Origin: Eubacteriales bacterium
GTDB lineage: Bacteria; Bacillota; Clostridia; Oscillospirales; CAG-272
Reading direction: 5' to 3'
DNA: 64,000 nucleotides
NCBI GenBank assembly: GCA_045656745.1
Contig: JAZORT010000022.1
Coordinates: forward strand, 13,784-77,783
The translations under genes and the position numbers were made by a program. Of the stretch, positions 1-7,901 are shown piece by piece; position 1 is the stretch's first letter; every line of letters starts with the position of its first letter. A model generated the notes under the pieces. The model ran no database searches. It worked only from the letters and a program-made list of their open reading frames with translations, and was not told the origin of the DNA.

Positions 1-607
1 GATCCTTGAAAACAAGGGCATCAATAGTGAAATATTTATCGTAAAGGGGTAAAACGCGCGACTCCTTGATTATAGGCAGCTTTTGGTCGGAAAGAAGATT
101 GCCGTAAAGAACATAGGAAGAAAGGGTCTCCTCCTCGGGGAAGATAACATCGTAATCCTCAATTCCCTCGGGGGTATAATATCCCTCGTGAGCGCCGACA
201 GAAAAATACATTTTTCCGTCTGTCAGATTTTTAACCTCATATTCGGTCTTGAGTGACTTTTCGCTCAGGGAATATTTTACTCTAAACTCGTAGTCAAAGG
301 GATAATTCTCCTTTGTTTGCTCGTTTGAGCGGTGCAAAAGAGTTACTTCTTTGTCGGTAAGCGACTCCACCTCGAACATTGTAGTTTTTGCATAACCGTG
401 CTTAGGCAGAGTATATTCCTTGCCCTCAAAGGTGTATCTGTCATCGCGAAGTCCTCCGCAGATAGGAAACATTATGGGTGCGCTGGAGCGCCAGACCTCG
501 GCTCTGCCCTCCCAGATATATTCATTACCCTGGCAGAAGAGGCTCTTCAGCTCTGCGCCAAGCTCGTTTATCTCAACCTTTATAAATTCGTTTTTTAATG
601 TAATCAT
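1..607 (-). CDS. aldose 1-epimerase (mutarotase-like) family protein, C-terminus cut by window edge
   Basis: My own minus-strand translation from the ATG (CAT at 605-607) gives MITLKNEFIKVEINELGAELKSL..APIMFPICGGL..YTLPKHGYAKT..FSVGAHEGY. The ORF is open to the window start, so it is absent from the ORF track. The + ORFs 332..671 are its shadows. Confidence 0.7.
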   Translation of the reverse strand, partial: MITLKNEFIKVEINELGAELKSLFCQGNEYIWEGRAEVWRSSAPIMFPICGGLRDDRYTFEGKEYTLPKHGYAKTTMFEVESLTDKEVTLLHRSNEQTKENYPFDYEFRVKYSLSEKSLKTEYEVKNLTDGKMYFSVGAHEGYYTPEGIEDYDVIFPEEETLSSYVLYGNLLSDQKLPIIKESRVLPLYDKYFTIDALVFKD

Positions 608-765
608 AAAACAGCTCTCCACATTATTTTTATATATTATAAACTATAACCTTGGGGGAATGTCAAGATGAATTTAAAGCTTTTTATCTATCTTGAAGAA
701 TTTATCGTTAATACTGACAAAACAAAAACGCTCTCTGTATAAAAAATACACAAAGAGCGCATAGA

Positions 766-1323
766 TTATAAATTACATCCGTCACAAAAAGCCGTTCCAA
801 CAACAGCTCCAAGCTCGATATATTTTTCGTTTGAAGGGTCGAATGTTATGGGGCGAAGCTTCGCAGGATCAATTGTCCCCTCGGCAGAAAGAACGCTTTC
901 ATCGGCAGAAACATTAACTATTTCACCGAAAAGACGGCAAGAGACCGGGTCATAGCTTATAAGCTTACACTCCACCGCCATAGGAAGCTCCGAGATAAGG
1001 GGCGCGTTAACATAATCCGATTTAACCGCGTGAAATCCCGCGCGGGCAAACTTGTCGGGAACATCGTTACCCGAAACAACGCCCACATAGTCACAGGCTT
1101 TAACCTGCTCTGCAACCGCCATGCTAACGGTAAAAGCTCCACTCTTCAAAATATTAGAGGTTGTCTTATGCCCTGCGCTGATGCATATCATTATTTCGGT
1201 TTCCTCCGAAAGACCGCCCCAGGCGGCATTCATCGCGTTAGGCACTCCGTTTTCGTCATAAGCCGCAACGATAAAAACGGGTTGCGGGTACAAAATAGGC
1301 TTTGCGCCGAAATTCTTTCTCAT
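766..1323 (-). CDS. flavin reductase-like FMN-binding protein
   Basis: 185-aa ORF with ATG preceded by GAGGAAG. PILYPQPVFIVAAYDENG..NAMNAAWGG fits the flavin-reductase-like split-barrel family. Confidence 0.7.
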   Translation of the reverse strand: MRKNFGAKPILYPQPVFIVAAYDENGVPNAMNAAWGGLSEETEIMICISAGHKTTSNILKSGAFTVSMAVAEQVKACDYVGVVSGNDVPDKFARAGFHAVKSDYVNAPLISELPMAVECKLISYDPVSCRLFGEIVNVSADESVLSAEGTIDPAKLRPITFDPSNEKYIELGAVVGTAFCDGCNL

Positions 1324-1335
1324 ATTATCTCTTCC

Positions 1336-1932
1336 TCAATTCTGAAGATTTATTTTTGATTCTATAAAATAGGTAGCCTCGCTGTCCGCCGTTGAAAGAG
1401 CGAAAGCAAGGGGAAACATCTCAAAAGCTGCAGAAACATTCCTCGGGTCCTCGGTAGAAGAATAACCCATGTGGTATCTAATCGCAAACGCCTCTTCCCT
1501 TGTAAGCTTCATATAGCCCGAGATAATATAAACGCTCTTCTCACCGTGTCCGTAAGGAAGCTTATCGTCATATTCAAAGGTGTCAACCCTTTGCCAGGTA
1601 CCCTTTTCGTCCTTAACATTACGAAATCCTTTTTTATAAACATTTACCTTGCAAAGGTCGTGAAGAAGCGAGACGATAGCAATGCTTTCGTCAGAATACT
1701 CAAAGCCGAAGTTTTCCTTAACTCTGTCAGACTCAAGATATGATTTTAAGCACTCGTAAACATTGATCGAGTGGTCGCAAAGACCGCCCTCGTAGGAAGA
1801 ATGAAACCTAGCGGATGCGGGAGCTGTGAAAAAATCGGATGCGGGAGAAAGCAGATATTCAAGAAGCTTATCCGCGCCCTCGCGGGTTATACACTTGTTA
1901 TAAATCTCGATAAATTTTTCTTTTGCAGTCAT
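1336..1932 (-). CDS. HD-domain phosphohydrolase
   Basis: 198 aa. ARFHSSYEGGLCDHS and LLHDLCK give an H...HD metal motif. The start overlaps the upstream gene's stop (ATGA). Confidence 0.7.
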   Translation of the reverse strand: MTAKEKFIEIYNKCITREGADKLLEYLLSPASDFFTAPASARFHSSYEGGLCDHSINVYECLKSYLESDRVKENFGFEYSDESIAIVSLLHDLCKVNVYKKGFRNVKDEKGTWQRVDTFEYDDKLPYGHGEKSVYIISGYMKLTREEAFAIRYHMGYSSTEDPRNVSAAFEMFPLAFALSTADSEATYFIESKINLQN

Positions 1933-2720
1933 CTCATTACTCCATTTTCTTTTAAATACTCTACACTGCTTTCAAGTCCCGCGATAGTTTTTACCTCAAT
2001 AAGGCAAGTATCGCCGCATTTTAACATCGAAAGCTTTTCCATAACGCTGACCTCACCCTCGCCGTAAGGAAGATGTGCGCTCTTCCCCTTTGCGTCGTGA
2101 AGATGCATGTGAACAAGCTTTTCGGGATACTCATCAAAGACGTGGCTATCCGTAAATCCAAGGCAAAGCTCGTGTCCCGTATCAAGAGTCAACGCGAACT
2201 TTTCACTCGCCATAAATATTGGAAGAACCTTTAGCTGACTTTCGGTAAAGGGGTTGGAATCAACGTTCTCAATAGCAATTTTGAGAGGCGCGTCACCTAT
2301 CTCTTCTTCACACATTTTAATAAACTGCCTAACTTTATCTATGTAATTATCAAAATAAACATCGCTGAGCAATATCACCTTGCCAGGTAAAGTAACATAA
2401 ACGCCTTTAAGCAAATGCATATTGATAACGGGTATATTTACCTTTTTTGCAAAGCGGATTGTGTCACGCATTACATCAAAATAACATTTTGAAACCATGT
2501 CATTAAAATCGAAAGGATTAAGCATTTCATCCGCGTGGATAGTATAGCTTATGCCGTCCTTTTCGGTTATTTCAATCAACTTTTTTGCATCAAGCGCGCT
2601 CGGCAGATACTGAGGAAAGCTCATATTTATTTCAATAAAATCAAGCCCGTTTTTTTTTGCAACATCGCGGCACTCAAAAATATCTTTACACTCAACAAGA
2701 GTAGGCATTCCGAATTTCAT
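1929..2720 (-). CDS. sugar phosphate isomerase/epimerase (xylose-isomerase-like TIM barrel)
   Basis: The track ORF starts at GTG 2729, but AGGTG-N6-ATG favours 2720 (MKFGMPTLVE). DFIEINM, TLDTGHE and HMHLHD are typical of the family. Confidence 0.7.
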   Translation of the reverse strand: MKFGMPTLVECKDIFECRDVAKKNGLDFIEINMSFPQYLPSALDAKKLIEITEKDGISYTIHADEMLNPFDFNDMVSKCYFDVMRDTIRFAKKVNIPVINMHLLKGVYVTLPGKVILLSDVYFDNYIDKVRQFIKMCEEEIGDAPLKIAIENVDSNPFTESQLKVLPIFMASEKFALTLDTGHELCLGFTDSHVFDEYPEKLVHMHLHDAKGKSAHLPYGEGEVSVMEKLSMLKCGDTCLIEVKTIAGLESSVEYLKENGVMR

Positions 2721-2747
2721 TTTTTTCACCTTAAATGTTTTTTATTT

Positions 2748-2776
2748 ATTTTATCACAAAATCAAGTTCTAGTCAA
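2748..2776 (-). promoter_or_regulatory. sigma-A type promoter of the 2720..766 operon
   Basis: The minus strand reads TTGACT-N17-TAAAAT (plus-strand AGTCAA 2771-2776 and ATTTTA 2748-2753). It lies 12 bp from the insertion boundary. Confidence 0.5.
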
Positions 2777-2787
2777 GATATTTAGGC

Positions 2788-2802
2788 CTAAAAAAGCGCC
2801 CC
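2788..2802. repeat. left copy of 15-bp direct repeat CTAAAAAAGCGCCCC (target duplication or att core)
   Basis: An identical 15-mer is at 15541-15555. The two copies bracket the AT-rich element. Confidence 0.75.
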
Positions 2803-2828
2803 TCTAAAGTTTATAATGTTATTTGCAA
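2803..2828 (+). repeat. left terminal inverted repeat (IRL candidate)
   Basis: TCTAAAGTTTATAATGTTATTTGCAA aligns 16/26 with the reverse complement of 15515-15540. The 11-nt core GTTATTTGCAA (2818-2828) is perfect and sits 15 nt from the direct repeat on both sides. Confidence 0.6.
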
Positions 2829-2866
2829 GGGAATTTCCTTTGCCGATAACATTTTTCTTTTTTCTT

Positions 2867-2884
2867 CCCCTCTGCGCAGAGGGG
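2867..2884. terminator. perfect 18-bp palindrome, bidirectional terminator-like
   Basis: CCCCTCTGCGCAGAGGGG is flanked by a T-rich run upstream and GTGGAAAAAGAAAA downstream, just inside the left end of the element. Confidence 0.4.
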
Positions 2885-3017
2885 GTGGAAAAAGAAAACT
2901 CCCACTTTAGCAAGGGTATAAATTCTTTTTATGCCCTTGCACCCCCTTGATACAATGCCGTATAGGCTTGTAAATATAATTTTATGGCAAATAGCCAAGA
3001 AAGTGAGGCACACTATT

Positions 3018-3248
3018 ATGATGTGTAATCTTTACAAAAAAGAATCGTCCTACAAGGACAAGACTTCGGGAGAGGAGAAAAAGGCAACGAGATTTTACCT
3101 TGAATGCGGTAGCACTCTTGTACCTATTGAGCCTACATACTTTGAGGATCCGCAGACCAAGAGAGATGCACAGTATTCGAGCCGTAAGGCAGTTATGAAG
3201 GCTTTCGCAGCAGACCTTCCCGCAAAAGAAGGCAACGTACACGCATAA
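3018..3248 (+). CDS. hypothetical protein (76 aa)
   Basis: Internal ATG of track ORF 2931..3248, preceded by GTGAGG. MMCNLYKKESSYKD... has no recognisable family. Confidence 0.4.
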   Translation: MMCNLYKKESSYKDKTSGEEKKATRFYLECGSTLVPIEPTYFEDPQTKRDAQYSSRKAVMKAFAADLPAKEGNVHA

Positions 3249-3260
3249 GGGGGTAAGATT

Positions 3261-3467
3261 ATGTTTATCAGACTTCCTACACCCAAAGGTGATTACTGCG
3301 TAAATCTCGCAAAGGTTCTTTTCTTCTATCCTAACAAAGAGTGCACACGTTTTGAAATGGAAGACGGTACAATTATTGACTTCAAGTTGAAGATTGATGA
3401 CGTACTTATACTACTATCTGAAGTAGGTTTCCAAATTCCGCACTACGCAAAAGACGAAGAAAAATAA
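3261..3467 (+). CDS. hypothetical protein (68 aa)
   Basis: ATG with AAGGGGG RBS. No recognisable motif. Confidence 0.5.
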   Translation: MFIRLPTPKGDYCVNLAKVLFFYPNKECTRFEMEDGTIIDFKLKIDDVLILLSEVGFQIPHYAKDEEK

Positions 3468-3473
3468 AAAGTA

Positions 3474-3630
3474 GGTGTAAATGGTGTATTCGGTGTATTT
3501 CACCGAGTACACCGCACGCCAATAAGCTCGGTTGCAATCTAATTAAATATATAGAGGCTATCGGGCGCTGAGGGCTTGTCCAGCGCCTCGGTGTATTGGT
3601 GTATTTGGTGTATTTCTAAAATCCGGTGTA
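3474..3630 (+). promoter_or_regulatory. iteron cluster plus hairpin: candidate double-strand origin / Rep-binding region
   Basis: There are seven direct GGTGTA(TT) copies (3474, 3483, 3492, 3590, 3598, 3607, 3625) and one inverted copy (TACACC 3508-3513). They flank the hairpin GGCGCTG-N10-CAGCGCC (3564-3587), immediately upstream of the rep genes. Confidence 0.65.
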
Positions 3631-3666
3631 AATCCGGTAAAAATACTTTCGCAGGGGGGTAAAAAT

Positions 3667-3999
3667 ATGCGAAACAATAAATCTTTACGAGTTTGTCATA
3701 TCGTCATTCCTGAATGGCGACTTCGTGTTAACATTGAAAAAGTAATAAAGTCAAAAGAATTTATACAGAGATATGTCTGTGTAAAACATAGCGGTGAAAG
3801 CATAGAACCGCATTATCATATTCATTTGGATATGAAACGTAGATTGCCTGTCGTTACTATAGCAAAGTGGTTTGTTCTCCCTACATCATCTATATTCGGT
3901 GTTTATTCTTCTGTTGATGATATTCGGTATATGTTAAAATCCAAAGAAGGTCAAGAAAACACCTTGATTTGTAGTTGCTATGAGAAAAAAGCATTGTGA
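3667..3999 (+). CDS. stand-alone RepB-like HUH nuclease domain protein (110 aa)
   Basis: EPHYHIHLDM (HUH) and DDIRYMLKS (Tyr motif) are paralogous to the N-terminus of the next ORF. GGGGGG RBS. It overlaps the next ORF by 20 nt. Confidence 0.65.
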   Translation: MRNNKSLRVCHIVIPEWRLRVNIEKVIKSKEFIQRYVCVKHSGESIEPHYHIHLDMKRRLPVVTIAKWFVLPTSSIFGVYSSVDDIRYMLKSKEGQENTLICSCYEKKAL

Positions 4000-5134
4000 G
4001 GTAGTTTCTAATGTTTCCCACTTAAAAGTGGATATACAAGCGGTCATACGTTCCAAAAAGTCTATAAAACAATGGGCGTACATACTGCACGATAAAGACG
4101 ATACAGAGCCACATTACCACATATATCTTAACTTCGGTAAAACCTCGGTAGAGTTTGCCGACGTTGCTTCGTGGTTTGGTCTTGACGAAAACTTTGTAAA
4201 CAAGGTCGAAGGCCGTAAGGTAGATATGCTTATGTACCTTACGCATTCGAACGCAGGGCAAGAGCATAAACATCAATACTCACCAAAAGAGGTTGTAGCA
4301 AACTTCGATTTTGAAAGCGAAGTTGCTGTATCTCAAATACTTGGTAATTTTGAGCAGTTTTCTTATGCTCAACAGCTCGAATACATAAACTCGCTTTCGA
4401 TAGAAGAAAAAACGAAAGCACATTCAAAGTTAGACAAGCTCTGGAAGCTTCATTGTCAATGTCTTGTGTTAAAGCCCGACAGACAAATTGAAGTAATGTT
4501 CATTCACGGCAAAGGCGGTACAGGAAAAACCTATTACGCAAAAAAGCTACTTGCAAAAATGGGTTACGATTTCTGTGTTTCCTCTTCCTCGAATGATCCT
4601 TTCCAAGACTACATGGGTCAACAGGCAATTATACTTGATGACTTACGTGACAAAGCATTTGAATTTGAGGACTTGCTAAAGCTCCTTGACAACGATACTG
4701 CATCTTCCGTAAAAAGCAGATTTTCAAACAAGGTCTTCAACGGCAAAATTATAGTAATAACGTCAACCGTTCCTCTTGCCTTTTGGTACAGAGAATATCA
4801 ATACAACAAGTCAGACACCCTGCAACAGTTATACAGACGTATAACATCTTACGTTGTAGTAGACGAACAACACGTAAGTGTGTTTGATGAAATAGACTCT
4901 CGCGGACGTCCCTCGGGGCTTCCAAGAGTATTCAAAAACGAGGTACAACAGTTAAAAAGCCAAAAGCCGAAAAGAACCGACTTCGGGTCGGTCTTCGGTG
5001 AGATGCTCGAAGATGCGTTTCCCTCTTATATCTCCGAAATCGAACGAAAGTTTGATAATACACATTCAATAAAGGAGCAATACCAATGTCAAAAGAACGT
5101 GACCCCACTTCAAAAAAATGCAAACACGGAGTAG
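3980..5134 (+). CDS. rep: rolling-circle replication initiator: pMV158-RepB-like HUH nuclease fused to SF3-type P-loop helicase
   Basis: ILHDKD, EPHYHIYL and MLMYLTHS..KHQY match RepB motifs (LHDKD, HYHVLY, YLYLTHE, KHVY). Further on are Walker A GKGGTGKT, Walker B AIILDD and motif C IVITST. Confidence 0.8.
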   Translation: MRKKHCEVVSNVSHLKVDIQAVIRSKKSIKQWAYILHDKDDTEPHYHIYLNFGKTSVEFADVASWFGLDENFVNKVEGRKVDMLMYLTHSNAGQEHKHQYSPKEVVANFDFESEVAVSQILGNFEQFSYAQQLEYINSLSIEEKTKAHSKLDKLWKLHCQCLVLKPDRQIEVMFIHGKGGTGKTYYAKKLLAKMGYDFCVSSSSNDPFQDYMGQQAIILDDLRDKAFEFEDLLKLLDNDTASSVKSRFSNKVFNGKIIVITSTVPLAFWYREYQYNKSDTLQQLYRRITSYVVVDEQHVSVFDEIDSRGRPSGLPRVFKNEVQQLKSQKPKRTDFGSVFGEMLEDAFPSYISEIERKFDNTHSIKEQYQCQKNVTPLQKNANTE

Positions 5135-5793
5135 AAGACGTTGTATCGGTAGTACTTGCTATAGGAATTAGCGTACTTTCGATAGGTCTTCTCTTCTCAA
5201 TCTTCAAGCCCGGGGACTCGGGCGGTGGCTTTATAATAGCCGAGGGTTCAATAGGCGGGTCTGTAACCGTTGGAGGTCTTCTTGATAAAGAAGAGGACAA
5301 AACAGATGATACCACATCAGACACCGACAATACTACACCCGATACGGATAACAACGGAGCTGACACAGATAACGACACCGGAGAAGGAACTGACACGGGA
5401 AATAATGATAATACAGCCGATACAGATACAACACCCGGTGAAGGTACTGAAAACGATTCTGATACAACAACGGATAATGGAACTACCACAGATCCAGGAG
5501 AAAATGACACCGATCCCGAAACACCATCAGAGGGTGAAACCGTTTCCGAAATTACATTTACTATCGAAGAACTTGGTGATTTTACCGCAACTGAGGGTAT
5601 GACGTGGAGAGAGTGGTGTTCATCAGACTATAATACCACTGATACTATGTGTTCAACTTGGATGTCTAATCCTGAAAAGGAAATAGTAGCTTTTCAGGGT
5701 AATAATGGCTGTCCTCTTTATATGTCCGGTGCTGATGATGTCGAGGTTCATCCTGATGATGTAATTGTATCCGGTGCATCGTATTATCGTTAA
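5086..5793 (+). CDS. membrane-anchored protein with T/D/N/G-rich disordered linker
   Basis: AAAGGAG RBS. N-terminal TM VVSVVLAIGISVLSIGLLFSIF, an acidic Thr/Asp/Asn-rich stretch of about 85 aa, and a Cys/Trp-containing C-terminal domain. Confidence 0.65.
   Translation: MSKERDPTSKKCKHGVEDVVSVVLAIGISVLSIGLLFSIFKPGDSGGGFIIAEGSIGGSVTVGGLLDKEEDKTDDTTSDTDNTTPDTDNNGADTDNDTGEGTDTGNNDNTADTDTTPGEGTENDSDTTTDNGTTTDPGENDTDPETPSEGETVSEITFTIEELGDFTATEGMTWREWCSSDYNTTDTMCSTWMSNPEKEIVAFQGNNGCPLYMSGADDVEVHPDDVIVSGASYYR
5284..5538 (+). repeat. cryptic low-complexity coding repeat (T-D-N-G rich)
   Basis: Degenerate GAYACNGAYAAY-like units encode DTDNTTPDTDNNGADTDNDTGEGTDTGNNDNTADTDTT... Confidence 0.6.
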
Positions 5794-5812
5794 AAATAAG
5801 GAGCAACAACCT

Positions 5813-6031
5813 ATGGCAAAATTCAAAAGCAAATTTTCACGTGCGGAACGGCAAGCTTACCACTCCGGCAAGGGCTATGCCGTAGCACATAGAAAAAGAG
5901 GTATCAACTTTAAGTTTGAGAACCTCAAACGCTCATTTGCAAGAGGCTATAATAAAGGCCTCGAAATGATGAAGCGTAATCCGTTAAAATATGGGGCACT
6001 CCCCAAGAAAACAAGAAAAAAGAGAGGTTAA
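5813..6031 (+). CDS. small highly basic protein (72 aa), possible nucleic-acid-binding
   Basis: AAGGAG RBS then ATG 5813. MAKFKSKFSRAERQAYHSGKGY...KKTRKKRG is rich in K/R. Confidence 0.55.
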   Translation: MAKFKSKFSRAERQAYHSGKGYAVAHRKRGINFKFENLKRSFARGYNKGLEMMKRNPLKYGALPKKTRKKRG

Positions 6032-6037
6032 ACACAA

Positions 6038-6940
6038 ATGAAACGTTTCAGATTTAACAAAATTAAGTGGGACAAGATATTGTCCGCAGCACTTGTAATA
6101 GTGCTTCTTGTCGGCTGTGTAGCCGGACTTGCAGCAATATTCACTAAGAAAACAACCGATGTATCAGACTTCGAATTTAAGAAGGGCGCTCTTGATTCCG
6201 CAGGTTTCTATGTAAAGAGCGATACTTCCATTTACACTAAAGACCTTATCGAATGTCAGGGCCTTGTAATTGAGCCTGACTTCGAGGCAACAGGCGAATA
6301 TCAGGTGTTCTATTATGGCGCAGATAAGGCGTTTATCGGTTCAACAGAAATTTTTGACGCACACCTTGACGGTCTTTATGAAAAAGGTAATACCTTTGCT
6401 TTTGCTAAGTATTGCCGTATTGTAATTTCACCCGATACACCTACCGACAATGACGGTTACCCTGTAGACGATTGGAAGATTCACTTCTGGGATGTTGCAG
6501 GCTATGCAGACGATTACAAGATTTCTGTAAACAAGAAGCAAAAGTTCTCTTTTGAGAAGGCTCTTGAATCTTGCGTAAATGTTGCAAATGTCCTTGGTGA
6601 AGGTGTTTATATGGAAGAATTTGAGTCTGCGGATAGCGGATTGTACTTCTTCGACAAAGTAGATGTTTCAAATGCTAACACCCTTATTATGAAAGTTGCT
6701 ACGGAATCGTTGAAAAATACCGTTACATATAATGAAGTATATGCTTTCCCTATGCTTTATGATGGTGAAGATATGACCGTTCTTAGCAGAGGTGATTTTA
6801 ACGGTAATGTTATTAATTACACTATTCTCGAAAGTAATTCCGAGTTTACTTATATTTCTTACGATGTTTCCGCAATTTCCTCTATTATAGGTTGCGTAGA
6901 TAGCGCTTCTGCTGACATTCTTGAAATCTATGTTCAGTAA
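6038..6940 (+). CDS. putative lipoprotein or signal-anchored protein (300 aa)
   Basis: The N-terminal hydrophobic segment ends in the lipobox-like LLVGC. No recognisable domain. Confidence 0.6.
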   Translation: MKRFRFNKIKWDKILSAALVIVLLVGCVAGLAAIFTKKTTDVSDFEFKKGALDSAGFYVKSDTSIYTKDLIECQGLVIEPDFEATGEYQVFYYGADKAFIGSTEIFDAHLDGLYEKGNTFAFAKYCRIVISPDTPTDNDGYPVDDWKIHFWDVAGYADDYKISVNKKQKFSFEKALESCVNVANVLGEGVYMEEFESADSGLYFFDKVDVSNANTLIMKVATESLKNTVTYNEVYAFPMLYDGEDMTVLSRGDFNGNVINYTILESNSEFTYISYDVSAISSIIGCVDSASADILEIYVQ

Positions 6941-7000
6941 TTACTATTGATTTGTCTTTAATTTTGTGATATAATTAAAGAAAAAAACGGTGATTCAAAG

Positions 7001-7897
7001 ATGAATAATCAATACGTAAAATATACTATAGTTTTTCTTGAAATTATCCTTTTATTTTCTTTAGTTGTATGTTTGCTTCGCTTTAATGGTTCTGTTCCCG
7101 ATGAAGACCTCGGAAGTGATATTACAGATGTTCCTTCCGAGGAACCTTCACCGGATGATAATACTGCCGAAAATCCCGATAATATTCCTTCCGAGGATGA
7201 AAATCCGCCTGTAGATGATGTACCCACAGAGGATATAACACCCACACCCGAGGTTGTAGACTTCTCCAAGATGTCATACGTGGCTTTTGGAGATAGTATA
7301 ACTTGGGGTTGGGTAAATTCTTTGCAAATGGATTTTCCTTATCCTAATTTAGTTGCTGAAAAAATAGGGTTTTCTTCTGTATATAATGCAGGAGTTCCCG
7401 CAGGAACCTTGGGTGTAAATAATGTGGGATTTCCGTGTGTTACAGATGCTATATTAGCATCTGAGGTTCAATACGATATTATCAGCGTTATGCTTGGTGT
7501 AAATGATTATTCCGTATCCGTACCTCTCGGAGATATTGATGATAATACCAAAGATACTGTTTATGGCAGTTTGAATTTAATTGCCGATCATTTATCAACT
7601 TATTCTCGGGATTCTTTTGTATTTTTTATGACTCCATATAAGTGCAAGCTTACTACGGGTACATATAAGAATAAAAACGATGCAGGATATACGCTTGCTG
7701 ACGTTGTAACCGCCATAAAAGAAGTTGCTGCTCTGTACAACATTCCTGTATTGGATATGTTCAACGAGGGACAGTTCGAGAAGGAAATGTATAATTATAA
7801 TAGCGACGGTGTTCACCCCTCGCAAGAGTTCATAAGAGAATATACAGCACCACAAATAGAAGCATTTATAAGACAAAACTATAGTAATAAGAGGTAA
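7001..7897 (+). CDS. membrane-anchored SGNH/GDSL hydrolase (esterase)
   Basis: N-terminal TM, P/E/D-rich linker, then VAFGDSITWG (block I), MLGVNDY (block III) and DGVHPS (block V). Confidence 0.8.
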   Translation: MNNQYVKYTIVFLEIILLFSLVVCLLRFNGSVPDEDLGSDITDVPSEEPSPDDNTAENPDNIPSEDENPPVDDVPTEDITPTPEVVDFSKMSYVAFGDSITWGWVNSLQMDFPYPNLVAEKIGFSSVYNAGVPAGTLGVNNVGFPCVTDAILASEVQYDIISVMLGVNDYSVSVPLGDIDDNTKDTVYGSLNLIADHLSTYSRDSFVFFMTPYKCKLTTGTYKNKNDAGYTLADVVTAIKEVAALYNIPVLDMFNEGQFEKEMYNYNSDGVHPSQEFIREYTAPQIEAFIRQNYSNKR

Positions 7898-7901
7898 AAT
7901 A

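Noticed and set aside
332-671. Two plus-strand ORFs (88 and 83 aa)
   Set aside because: They lie opposite the edge-truncated aldose-epimerase-like gene, which translates cleanly on the minus strand.
2819-3013. 64-aa minus-strand ORF at the left end of the element
   Set aside because: It spans the palindromes and inverted repeat, has no RBS and has an improbable composition.
3985-3991. Classical -1 frameshift at AAAAAAG joining the two HUH ORFs
   Set aside because: The downstream ORF is in the +1 frame, not the -1 frame, relative to the upstream one. In the upstream frame the heptamer is not phased as A_AAA_AAG. Only a +1 shift or transcript slippage could fuse them.
4932-5510. 192-aa minus-strand ORF rich in S/V/P
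   Set aside because: It is the complement of the T/D/N-rich low-complexity coding repeat and the rep 3' end. It is an artefact of the repeat.
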